DNA of 63,091 nt, counting the filler, from Octopus bimaculoides (taxonomy: Eukaryota), in the NCBI RefSeq assembly GCF_001194135.2. It is 5 parts of 5 records of this genome, joined end to end, with 100 filler letters (N's around TTAATTAATTAA, not from the genome) between each part and the next. Parts side by side here need not be neighbours in the genome. Positions count along the whole stretch, not along the records: positions 26,763 to 56,585 come from NC_069002.1; 4 more parts are not named here. The stretch is one strand, 5' to 3'. The stretch's first letter is position 1; every line of letters starts with the position of its first letter. The translations under genes and the position numbers were made by a program. Below the pieces are notes generated by a model. That model ran no database searches, was not told the origin of the DNA, and worked only from the letters and a program-made list of their open reading frames with translations. This document shows positions 26,763-39,123 of this stretch, in pieces.

Positions 26763-28660
26763 AATCTCAGGAGAAATTTTGAAAATGTCCAGCGATTTCA
26801 GAATCCACGAATTTGGTATGCTGTCAAAAGCTTTTTTATAATCAATCTATGAAGAGCTGAGATTTCTGCGCTTGTTATGACAGTTCTCAAGGATCATGCG
26901 ATTAATTAAGAGCTGATCTTTGCATCCGTATGAGCATCTTCTGCATCCTTTTTGTTCAGTGGGAAAGAGGATATTTTCTTCCATAAACGTATGTTTTCTC
27001 CACTAGAATAGATGTCAAAATCTTATAGGTAGTAGACAAACATGTTATAGGCCGGTAGATTTTTGGGTCTTTGGTTTCGTTATTTTTCGGGAGGAGGTAA
27101 GTAATACCATTTGCCATCCAATGGGGAGTTCTTTCTGGGTCTTTCATAATACTATTAAATAGTATTACTAACATTTTGTGTGCGGACGAGAGTGATGAGA
27201 GCCAGAAATTTGGTACTCTATCAGTACCAGGGGATTTCCACTTATGAGCCTTCGTTAGTGCCCTCTTTAGGTCGGCAATTAAGATGTCTTCCCATACCTG
27301 TTCTTGTAGATTTTTGTAGGCATCTTGGGTGCGTTTGATCCAGTCTGCATTTTCATTGTATGGTTTCTCATCACTCCAGATCCCTTTCCAAAAGTTTTCA
27401 ACTTCTTCCATTAGAGGTGGATTTTCAATGGTTATTTTTTCTTTCCCTATTTCCCTCTAAAATAATTTGGCATTGGATTTGAACATCTTATTTTGCCTGT
27501 AGAATCTGATTCTTTCCTCAAATCTGCGTATTCTCTGAGCTTTTGCTTGAACTTTTTGTTTAAGTGTTTCATTCGCTGACATTAGTTCTCTTGGTGAGAG
27601 TCCATATTTTCTCACGATCTTCCTGCTTTTTCTTGATCTTATATAATTTCCAGAGATTAGCTCAGTTAATATTGATATTTTCCTTCGGAATGATTCAATC
27701 TCAGTTTCAATTCTACTCCTCTAGTTTCATTTTATTTTCGAATTTGGTATTGTTGGCTTTTTGGGTATTAAACAGCGTCTTTCGATTACCTTAGCAACAG
27801 AGTAAATAATTTCATTTAACTTAAGATCGGGTTTTAGTTGTTGTATGATTTCTTGTGTAACGCAGTTGCCAATTTTTATTTGCGTATTATGTTGGTGTGC
27901 ATTTGAGAGTTTATGGAGTGGTTCCCTATCATGTATATTTATATGCCCTACAACTGCAAGCTCATTCAGAACTTCCTGCTTCATTTCAATGATCGATTTT
28001 CTATGTTGTTCAGCAAATATGTGGTCTTCAAATTCTGTTTCGACATCATTTTCCTGGCTGTTTTTCCTAGGGTCATGATATTCTCCTTTTTCTTCGGGTT
28101 TTTGAGTGCTTTCGGCAGATGGTCGCCTTTCAGTCAATGCTTGTGGTCCAAAATTTCTCTCCTCTGCTTCATTATTTCTTTCCTGAAGTATGTTTAGATC
28201 TATTTAGGTCTTTCTCTACCACTTTTGTAATAGAGGTTAATTCTACACTGTGAGTCTGGTATTTCTGAAGATATCTCTTCTAACATTTGCTAATCTGTTT
28301 TCATCTAGATTTGGTATGCTAGCTGGATTCCGGCTCCTCCAAATTCTGTAGGAGTTTGCGGTATGTTTCTCTTGGGTTGGCCTACTTAATGCAAAGTAAT
28401 AAGCATATATTACTTCTTAATATTCTTCCCGGTTCCATTTAGTTCTTTTACATTTTTGATTTTGTGATCGTTGTGGTGGTGAACTTTGGGGGCTTAATTT
28501 GGGATAAATCCCGTTTAAGTGACATTCCAGGTTCGTATTCGGGGAAGATATTCTGCCATTTGAAACTTTTTCGCCGTCAGGCTGACAGCCTCCTGACAGA
28601 CGTGCTTCCAGAATAACCATTGAACAAGCGATTCGGTGTACTGTTTGAAATTTTCTTTTC
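26763..28660 (-). mobile_element. R4/Dong-like RLE LINE, 5' half to RT (decayed)
   Basis: MEEVENFWKGIW...KSPGTDRVPNFW...YRPITCLSTTYKILT...GCKDQLLIN...IDYKKAFDSIP. Upstream coding region includes RTKWNREEY. Confidence 0.9.
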
Positions 28661-28779
28661 CTTTTAAGTAAAGTTAAATTATTATTAAATTTTCATTAAA
28701 AAAATTTATTTATTTATTTATTTATTTTTTTATGTATTTTTTTAAACCACTAATCTTCATACAGGGGCCGCATTTATCA

Positions 28780-28935
28780 TCATTAGCAGCAGCACTAGTA
28801 GTTGTAGTAGCAGCAGCAATATCACTATCAGCAGCAGCAGCAGCAGTGGTAATAGTAGTAGTAGTGGCAACAGTAACATCAGCAGTACCAGTAGCAGCAG
28901 CAGTAGTAGTAATGGTAGCAGTAGCAACAGCAGCT

Positions 28936-28996
<61 letters not shown>

Positions 28997-28997
28997 C

Positions 28998-29062
<65 letters not shown>

Positions 29063-29070
29063 TACTACTA
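28780..29070. repeat. Compound (AGC)/(AGT)/(ATT)/(ACT) microsatellite
   Basis: Direct inspection. Confidence 0.9.
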
Positions 29071-30446
29071 CCAATAATAATAAACATGATAATATAGTAC
29101 ATTATTAGTGTCGGATATACCTTAATATTATACCCTACTTTTGAATTAAATATCTCATTCATTGTGTGGAGTAAAGCATCAAAAGAAATTAAAGAAAATA
29201 GACAGGATGAAGAAAAATAGAAACGTTAAAGAACGTGAAGAAGAAACGCAATAATAATAAACCAACTGATTTTGTTTGAGGGGATATCAAGGAGGCTGAG
29301 AAAACTCAGAAACAGCAATACTGACGCGAGAGCTGAATAGCTTGTGAAACATATGGGAGAGACTTGTTCGCATCGCAACTGGCATAATTGACCTAACGGT
29401 CAATCTCTTACATAGAAGGACATTGCAATTCAGACTCGTATTGTGCACTTGCAGAAAAATAACAAATCCTAATCTACATAGATACTTGAAAAGACTTTAA
29501 AATTCGAAAAAGCTTCTTAGTGCAGTTGGCCCTCACTAGAAATGGGCTAAGCTTAGTTGTAGACGCCATACTTTTGCTAATTATTTTAGTTGCGTGTAAA
29601 GTCGCGAGGGAACGTAGACATTTTCCTCTCCCCCTTGACATAATGGATCATCCAATATGTATCAACAAGAGAAGTGTCGAGTTCAAGGATACCACACCCT
29701 CCAGTTCAGCAATTGAACGCACGACCTTATGGTGATAATTCTAACATCAGCCAAAAGACTAGGAACTTCCACAGAAATTTGGTAAACCTCATAACATCTC
29801 TGCTAACGAAATTATCATGGGAGTAACTTTTATATTAGTGTTTTGTTTTGTCTTTCTTACTTTCTGGACTGGTTTTAAGGAATTTATTGCTTCTTGTGAC
29901 ATCTTTGATTGCGATTATGTAATATATTTGCTGAGTTTGTCGCGAAGAAAGGGTCATGCAAAGGTTTTGCATTGTAGAGTTTAATTGAAATATGAATATT
30001 TAGTATTCCAAGTATTTAATAGATGTATTTTCTACTTTGTGTTTGCGTATTTGATTTTTATCCCGAGCGTTGTGCAAATTATCATATCCACACACGTTTT
30101 ACTTTTCTGCCTTTTATCAAATTTACTTCTATTTCAAGGCTGCTGAATTATCATAAATCTTCATTCGTTTCTAACACTGTCTTAACCACAAGATTTTTCG
30201 ATGTCTCACATCGTCTACAATTCATCCTGTCTCTTCCTTGTGACGATATTGAGGCAATTCAATTTTATTTCCTTGTCAGAAAGTACAGAAATGTTTCAAA
30301 GGATCGTAACCCCGTCACGGTCTCTAAAAGAATTTCGTACGTACGTAAGCTATATATTCCATCTTTAGGATGATTAGGTGTTTGTATTTTACTCAATATC
30401 TTTAAACTAGTCGTATGTGTAGATAGGTTTTGTCATTTTGGTAATT

Positions 30447-30603
30447 AGATAACCGAAAAATAAAAAAAAAACAAATGAGATGATTTTCTGATGTAGTGAG
30501 ACATACATCTTGTTGAGCTGCAGTTACCATTTATTAGACAACTTCGGAGCTATTGCTGCTTCTATAATGGTTCACCTCCTTTCCTGTCCAGCATTGCAAG
30601 ATA
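30447..30603 (+). repeat. Left arm of a ~155-bp inverted repeat pair
   Basis: Reverse complement of 32040-32195 with about 3 differences. Confidence 0.95.
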
Positions 30604-32039
30604 TTAACGTTAGATGCGGGGTTTTCTTTCCATTTCGTTTTTCTAGTATTATTTTTTTATTTGTGTTCTTTTACTTATTGTGTTATCTATAATTTTTCTT
30701 CAATGTTTCTCGCTTCTAGTTTATATTAACTTAAGCATAGATAAGAATGCTCATGTTGTCTTCGTATAAGAATAGGTCTACCTTTGTATAATTGAGAGAT
30801 ATTTTCTGCCCACATTGTGGTTACTTTGTAATATTTCTCTATATTTTTATCTGGCTCCTTCCTCTTTGTCTTCATAGTACATGCGCACCCACACGCACGC
30901 GCATGCACACACACTTATGTGTGTATGTATTATATGATATGTTGTAATAACGTGTGTGCTTGCGCGCGCGCGCGAGTGTGTGAATCCGTTTATTCATTTT
31001 GGAATGGTGGACTCGTAATGAACTGAATAATTTTCTGAGTTTTCTTTATTTTTTCTTTGTTGCATAAAAGTTCTTCAGTTTATTTCATTTCTATTTCATT
31101 CTGCTGTAGATAGAGAGACATTGTTGCTGAAACGTTTGGTATAGAGTTTTGCAATTTGTCTAAATGTTCTGTAGAATAGTTTTATTTTTCTAATATTACT
31201 ATTGTCTCATACATTCATGCTGCACTAATACATCAGACTGTCAACTCTATCTGATTCATTACATATTATGCTGGGATTGATGAAAACTGCAAATGACAGT
31301 TATGTAAAGGGGAAAAAGCAGAATTAATTCAAGGAAAAATAATATTACTTGAAAAATTTTCTCAAGTACGAGAAATAACTTTTAAATAATTTCAACTTTA
31401 TCACGCTTCCTCGGCGAAGGAAATATGTTCCAGAACCAGTTTTCCTTTAACCATTTCATATATTGACAGTAAATCGGTTAGTTTCTGTACAGTACGAATC
31501 GATATAATTTGGCTCGGAAATTAAGACTTTTATCGACATCTCAGAAAGATGAAATATAAAGTTAACTACGGTCGGATTCGAACCTAGAATACTGATGAAA
31601 ATAACTAAACTCTGTCATGTATTTTGCCTGCTGGTCTAAATTTTCTGCCATAGTAACTCTTATAATGTCTATTCATGTGAAGTCGTATACAGCGACAGGT
31701 CTTTAAATAATTTCATTTAAAAATTGTCGTTGATATTTAGATTTTCTAAACGGTCAAATATTTCAAACAAAATAAAGAACTGTCTGATTTACACATACTG
31801 GTTGCCAAAATTTGAAAGAATGTCTCCAACGAGTATTGTTATATTATTGTTGTTGTTGTTGTTGTTGTCTATATTTCCTCGTGAATAGTCAAATAACAAA
31901 GTTTCAAAATAATGTTTTTTTGAAAAGGAACAGTAACCAAAGCTGTGGCATTGCATACGAAAGAAAACATTCGGTAAAGCGATTTTAATAGACGGATAAA
32001 CATAACAGGGATAAACAAACTGTTTTTTTATTTTTCGGT

Positions 32040-32195
32040 TATCTTGCAAGGCTGGACAGGAAAGGAGGTGAACCATTATAGAAGCAGCAATAGCTCCGAA
32101 GTTGTCTAATAAATGGTAACTGCAGCTCAACAAGATGTATGTCTCACTATATCAGAAAATCATCTCATTTGTTTTTTTTTATTTTTCGGTTATCT
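32040..32195 (-). repeat. Right arm of the ~155-bp inverted repeat pair
   Basis: Reverse complement of 30447-30603. Bounded by a ~21-bp direct repeat, ttttttatttttcggttatct. Confidence 0.95.
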
Positions 32196-32335
32196 GTTTT
32201 ATGTTGCAACAATAGCAACAATAACTACAGCAACAACAGTAACAACAACTACCACAANNNNNNNNNNAGAAGAAGAAGAAGAAGAAGAAGAAGAAGAAGA
32301 AGAAGAAGAAGAAGAAGAAGAAGAAGAAGAATAGC

Positions 32336-32370
<35 letters not shown>

Positions 32371-33739
32371 GTTTAGCAATAAACTTAGGTAAAAGAAATG
32401 GACAGAATCGGAGTTTATAAATATAGAATGATTAGGAAAACATACTTCAGGAATATATTCAACCTTTCTGGGAATAAAATAAGACGAGCGTTTTTAATAT
32501 GGCAAACAGAAGAAAACCTAAATAATCCAAGCATAGGGAAAAATGGAGACAGCATAGGGTTGTAAAATATAGAGAGAAGTATATATATTTTTAATGTAAT
32601 AAAATCCCTGTAGTTGGTTATGAAGACAAAAACGAGCTAAGAGAAATAAATGCGAATGGCCAATGTCTGGTAGACAACTACAAGTATATCAAACATAAGC
32701 TCGAGATTATCTCCCCTTCTCAAGTGGAGGTGTTATTTATTGCCATTTGAAGATTATGTACAGTTTGTAGAGGCGGAGATGATTAAAAAAAATCAAGAAT
32801 TTATATTGTGTAGTATCTGATATAGCTGCATTCGTTTAGGTTGGCTTTGAAAAGTTCTTTAAAGTCACACAAAAAAAATGATATAGATGAAGATAATAAA
32901 ATCGGAAAGAATCACGTTGAAAGTGAACATAGACACATCCGTTTACAACAGCAACAAAATAGACATAAAAATGATGAGTTAACGAGGGACCATCAACGGG
33001 ACCACTTGACATAACAGAAATAGCAACCGAATGCCTTCTAAATCATATATTACTTATAAAAATATTTCATACATTGAATATTATGATGTTAGATATATTA
33101 CTGAAAATATCTGAAAAACAACTAAGGCAGGGTGATCATGGCTGGAATATAATTAGATAATGTGTTTGCTAGATCACAATTAGGCTGGGCTATATAACGA
33201 AAATAACAACAACAACAAAATCTAAGTGAAGTAGAATTTGTGAGAGGGTAATTGAATGGCAAAATATTATTCACATAAAGTGGAATTTGATTGTTTAGCT
33301 GTCCGATTAACTGAAAGAGAAGACTTATTGAATTGATGTCTAATTTGACTGAGTATTCCGTAGATACGTATTCGATGGAATGTAATCCACCGACAAAATC
33401 AGCGTGGCTCAATGTGACACGGCCGGGCTGTTGTATTTGTGGTACAATGCACCTGATGGTCTTCTACCCTTTTTCCCTTCACCCAATTTTAATTTACAAG
33501 ATGTGGGTTGACAGAAGGATATATAAAAAACACGTGCTCAAGATGTCACGCAGCAGAATCGAAACCAAATCTTTTGATTGTGAAGCAGTCATATTGAGCA
33601 TTCAGAAATACTACACCTATAAAATTTCCTGTGCACCCTCAAACATTGGACAGTAAAAGAGATACAAATGGAACATTATTAGGATCAAGAAAACCTATGA
33701 TATATAAATACTCTAAAGGGACACACGTACAATCAATGA

Positions 33740-33773
<34 letters not shown>

Positions 33774-34034
33774 GTATGCATACATATATACACTCATGTG
33801 CATATGTATATATATGTATATGTATGTATATATGTGTGTGTGTGTGTGTGTAGAAATATGTATACATACATATTTGTGTTTGTGTATCTTTGTATGTATT
33901 TATGCATGTATATGTATATAAACAGAGCGAACGAACAACAGGGTAATGCGAAAGAGAGAATGTAACGTTCCCTATCCTAGGCATAAGAGACAACAATTTT
34001 ATGGGAAATCACAAATATAAGTAATAAGCATACA

Positions 34035-34072
<38 letters not shown>

Positions 34073-34619
34073 CACGCACATGCACACACACGCACACATG
34101 CACACACACGAGCGCACACATGCGCGCATGCACACACTCATATATGTATACACACACACACACAGACGTAAATGTAGAAATATCAACAATGACTACAAAG
34201 AAATAATGCTATAAAATTTTTGAAAAGCACGAACTTTGCCAATTCAAAGAATTTCGTGTGTAACTGGTGTCAGTGAAAACCTGGAGGATAAAAACGATTC
34301 CAATGGAACAATTGAAGCAAAACAAAACTGTTCTGAGACAACAAAGCCAAAAAAATGCCCTAAGGAGGGTAAACAACAAAGCAAGAAACCGCAAGATTTG
34401 GGAGAAAGATCGAGGAATAAAACTAAGAAAGAAAACACACATAAAATGAAGAAGTTAAAGACGGAAATAAGAAAGAAAACGTGCCGAATATCGCAATAAA
34501 CAGGGGAAAAGAGTAAAGTAGGTAATAAGATAACAATACATATTGAACATATTTCTACTGACAAATTGTGAAAATTGTTCATAAAATACCTTGTCAGCTT
34601 CATGCAAAAATTCATTTCA

Positions 34620-34830
34620 AATTTTGGCACAAGACCAGCAATTTCAAGGAACGGATAAGTCGATTACGTCAGTCCGAGAGTTCATCTGGTACTTATTTTA
34701 TCGACCCCGAAAGAATGAGACGTAAAGTCGACTTCGGTGGAATTTGCTCAGAACATAAAGACAGACGAAATATTGCTATGCATCTTGTTTGGTGTGCTAA
34801 CGATTCTGCCAGTTCTTCGCCTTTCTTCAT
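34620..34830 (-). mobile_element. SINE family C, CpGs retained
   Basis: ttatcgaccccgaaag...aagtcgacttcggtggaattt. Confidence 0.8.
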
Positions 34831-35004
34831 ATGAATATTGTTCTACAAATCTCGAGAGGAACCCATTACATGCTGCTTTGCCTGCCAAAACAGTCATAAA
34901 ATTACACCATACCGTCATATAAACACGAAGAACTTATTGATCAGATATTTTCTTTCTTCTGGGCGATGACTTTATTAGAAAGATATCAAGAGGTTAGGTC
35001 ACTG

Positions 35005-36080
35005 TTATCCATCCCGCATGCGTGCACGCCGGTGATTGATGCTATAGATCCACGATCGGCAGGTCCTCCCACAGAGGCCGCATAGAAATGTGTGTTCTGA
35101 CCGGCTCCACCGTAATACAACCCTTACGTCGGGTTCTCCTCTGCTCCTGGCTGACACGACAGTTTGCCTGAAATGCGCTGGTAGCCTGCAGGATGGTGCA
35201 ACACCAAGCACTGCTGTCAGCAGCCTGAGTCACCCACTGATGGGGAGTCGATGTTACCGACTTTCAGAGTCTTTTTGAGCATGTCTTCATACTGCTTCTT
35301 GGGCACACTGCTGCCTTGACAGCCAGAAGACAATACTCCGTAGGGTACGATCTTCGACAGGCGATGGTCCACCTTTCTGGAGACATTCCTTGCCAAGCGC
35401 AGCTGTGTCTTCATAAGAATGGCCTTGATATTAGTTGTCTTGGCTTTCTTGAGGACCTCTGTGTTGGTGATGTTGTCAGTCTAGCAAATGTTTAATATGG
35501 TGTGCAGACAGTATTGGGGAAACCTTTCCAGAAGGCAGGTATGACAGCGATACAATATCTATGACTCAGAGTCGGATAAGAGAGCGGTAAGAACTATGGC
35601 CCTCTAACGGCTGAGTTTTGTCTCTGTTTTGAGGTTGTTATTTCTACGTACCTTCTTTTTAAGTCTCCCAAATGTATTGCTGGCTTTGACTGGTCAAACC
35701 CTTGTCCATTTTGGTATCGTTGGAAAGGACTCTCAGAAATGCAGAACTGCTGCACTGCATGCAACTTGGCCTACTTCATGGAAGTATTTGGTGGATGGTG
35801 CACTTCCTCGAGAGCAGGCTGGTGGAGGACTTCAATCTTCTTCAAGCTGGCTTCTAGGCACAAAAGATCAGAAACATTTGAAAAAAATGAAGTGACGTAC
35901 TGCATGACTTTCGGTGTGCACAAGTGCAGCAGCACCGGGAAAAGGAGCTCTCCGATCATTTTCTCTGGTTTGTGTGTGAAACCACCGAAAGTTGAAGAGG
36001 ATTCCATCGGTGCGAAATCCGATGTAGAACCCCCTCCCCTCGTTCTCTTGATGGTCTTTCGTGGCGTGTTTTAGCATCAT
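35005..36080 (-). mobile_element. RTE (BovB-like) LINE, RT to 3' end (decayed)
   Basis: FRTDGILFN, IGELLF, SLKKIEVLHQP, KASNTFGRLK, ITNTEVL and KTQLRLARNV motifs occur in order. Confidence 0.9.
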
Positions 36081-36414
36081 GCTGTTCTCTGAACGAATAT
36101 TGTAGCCTTAAACAAAGTATCATATATACGACTAGATGGTCATGGGTGGGATGTCATTGTTCAAAGGTCAATTCAACCAGATTTAGGCTGGATTAAACAT
36201 CAACATTAGAAAATCTGATTCTAATAATAATAATAAAAAAACATCCGAAACCTCGGTATAAAACGGAATAAGTAAAAGAGAGAAAAGTCAATGGAATCGA
36301 AACACATTTTTCGCCTAATGGTTGACATTAAGCTGTATTAGAGTCGAATTAATAAGTTACAGAATTAATGTTAGAAAATGGTTTTCAAAAATGCAACGTC
36401 GTAGTATTTTGCTT

Positions 36415-36720
36415 TGATGAATATGCCATGGAGTTTGGTCAACACATTGTGATAAGTGGACTCAATTACAAAATCAATGAACAGTGAAAATTTAGTCGAT
36501 CTGACATTAAAGAAGGACTAGAAACAGATGAAGCATATTATGATCATTAGAAACGACTCGATACAAGATATCAAAAGAGGTAATCTCTAACGAATATAAA
36601 CGGGAGATCAAGATTAAAACTAACTGAGAATATCAATACGAAATCAGTTGTAACTCTGAGACAACTTACACGAGTTTTGATGTTATATATTAAAAACAGC
36701 AAGAGATGTAAAAGTTAAAC
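36415..36720 (+). mobile_element. Very old RLE-LINE RT relic
   Basis: YAMEFG, DIKEGLETDEAY and KEVISNEYKR resemble the MEFG..K..KEY region of R4-like elements. Confidence 0.35.
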
Positions 36721-37234
36721 TAAGCAATGAAGTTTAGATTACATTTACTTCAGACCTCATATATTCCAACACGTACGAATGACAGCGCTCATACTGATAG
36801 AGATAATTTATAAAGCACAACCCAGTAACCAACATAATTAGTTATCATGATAAAAGAGTTCATTATTACAAAGACAACGATAAGAAAATATGAAAAATAA
36901 ACAAAATTACTTTTTCACAGAGGAATATGATTACAAACTAATGAGTTAAGACGACAACTTCTGTTGTTTGGTATCTACTGAATCAACCCTAGAGGATCAA
37001 GGGTGGAGGTAACTGCATGTCGGGAAGGGAACTTACAACACCAATAATCTATAACTAATTAAGGTACAAGAAAAGAGATTATGAGCACGAAAGTCAGTCA
37101 ACTTCAGTACATGACCGGTACTCGTTTTATTAGAAACGAAAAGATAAAAAGCAAAGGTGACTTTGATTGGATTTGACCTCAGGATATGGGGAATTGTAAA
37201 ACACTTTGTTCAAATAGTAATGTTGGCAGTTTTG

Positions 37235-37620
37235 AGTAGAGGGACGAATTCAGTTACATTGATCCTAGAACTTGGAGAAAGTCACAGAAGTTGAAGAGAG
37301 GGACGAATTCAATTACATTGATCCTAGAACTTGGAGAAAGTTCCAATCTTTGAAGAAACGGATGAATTCAATTACATTGATCCCATTACTCAGGGAAAGT
37401 CACAGAGGTTGAAGAGAGGGACGAATTCAATTACATTGATCCTAGAACTTGGAGAGAATCCTAGTCTTTAAAGAAAGGCATGAATTCATTTACATTAACC
37501 CTCATATTTGAAACGCGTAACAATTCTTGACACGGAAAAATTCAAGTGCTTAGATCCTAGTACTTAAGGACAAACCCGGTCTTTGAGGAGGGGGGGCAAA
37601 TTCAATTACATTGATGCCAG
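37235..37620 (+). repeat. Minisatellite of ~7 x 59-bp units derived from the SINE C tail
   Basis: Core gaattcaattacattgatcc. Units start at ~37241, 37300, 37359, 37418 and 37477, with degenerate units at ~37533 and ~37594. Confidence 0.85.
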
Positions 37621-37990
37621 TATTTGACAGATACTTAATTTATCGACCTCGAAAGTATGACAGGCAAAGTCGACCTCGGTGGAATTTGAACACAGAACGT
37701 GCAGACAGACGTAATGCCGCTAAACATTTTGTCCGGCATGCTAACTGTTTTGCCAGCTCGCCGCCTTAAAACTATCAAGCATTGGTTTCAGGTTTTGGCA
37801 TTTGGCCAGTAAATTCGGGGAGCGGCGGAGTCGATTATATCGACCCCAGCACTCAACTTTTACTTATTTTATCGACTCTGAAAGGAAGAAAATCAAAATC
37901 AACCTGAGCGGAATTTGAATTCGAAACATAAAGACGGACGAAATGTCGCTAAGCATTTTGTCTTGCGCACTAACTGTTCTGCCAGCTCGT
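37620..37990 (-). mobile_element. Two tandem SINE family C copies, CpGs retained
   Basis: aagtcgacctcggtggaatttgaac...gccagctcgccgcc and a second copy ending gccagctcgtc. Confidence 0.85.
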
Positions 37991-38616
37991 CACTATAATT
38001 CTATCAGATATCAAATATAAATAACACAGCAGTAGCATTAGTACAGTCTTCAATAGCAAGTATATTGGAACAATTGAAGCAATGCATGAATATAAAATGG
38101 TAAATAATATAAAATCTGTAAGGAATCTGTAAGTAATTAGTTGCAAGGTCACAAATCTTTAGATTTAAAGTCACTCTTTCTAAAGTTGTTGACTTATTTA
38201 CGTAACTGTTTCTCCAGTATTGAGTGAAAATACAGTAGTTATCAGTAAAATATCAAAACACAAAGCGCTGCACCTATGCATTTATAAATTTCCTGTTTGT
38301 TTTCTTAAGTGCGTAATACCATCTAATGCTTATTTACGGTCTTCGAAACACTTATATCATTTATCATTTCGTCCATAAGCGATTTATATTTATTTCTCCT
38401 TTATTTCTGTATATAATTTAATAATAATTATAGAATTGTTATTGTAAAATTTCTTTTATTTTCGGAAAACAGAATTTATTGATATAATTTATCAAACTAC
38501 AACTCGATATTTCGCGTCTTGTGTGTAGATATGACATTTCTAAAAAGAGGTGACAAAGAAGCGATGTTATCTGGTGCAAAGTTTTGTGAAGAAATACCAT
38601 TCTATACTACATTATA

Positions 38617-38705
<89 letters not shown>

Positions 38706-39078
38706 TACAAACTTCACTATCAAAATTTCTTCATAAAGGCAAGTCCAGGCAAACCTCTTGAAGCTATTTGGATTTATCCAGACAGCTATGAGTATCGTAA
38801 GATTGCTATCTAACTTGGAATCGTTGAATCGTAACTGCCAACATGTGTACTGCAATCGGCCGGAGATTAAAGAATGCTGTTGGAAGTATGAAACAGGATG
38901 TGGTAAAACACTCGGTGACGTATGGTAGGGATATACAGTGGGAAACATGAAGAAACTATACTGAACCCCATTTTAGCTGGTATTATACTGTTACTAGAAC
39001 TTTTGAATTATCTATCTGTCTGTCTGATTGTCTGTCTGTCTACTTGTCTGTCTATCTATCTATCTATCTATCTATCTG

Positions 39079-39123
<45 letters not shown>

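Noticed and set aside
37235-37620. CRISPR-like array (conserved core with variable linkers)
   Set aside because: Linkers are homologous to each other, units derive from a SINE tail, the context is eukaryotic, and no cas genes are present.
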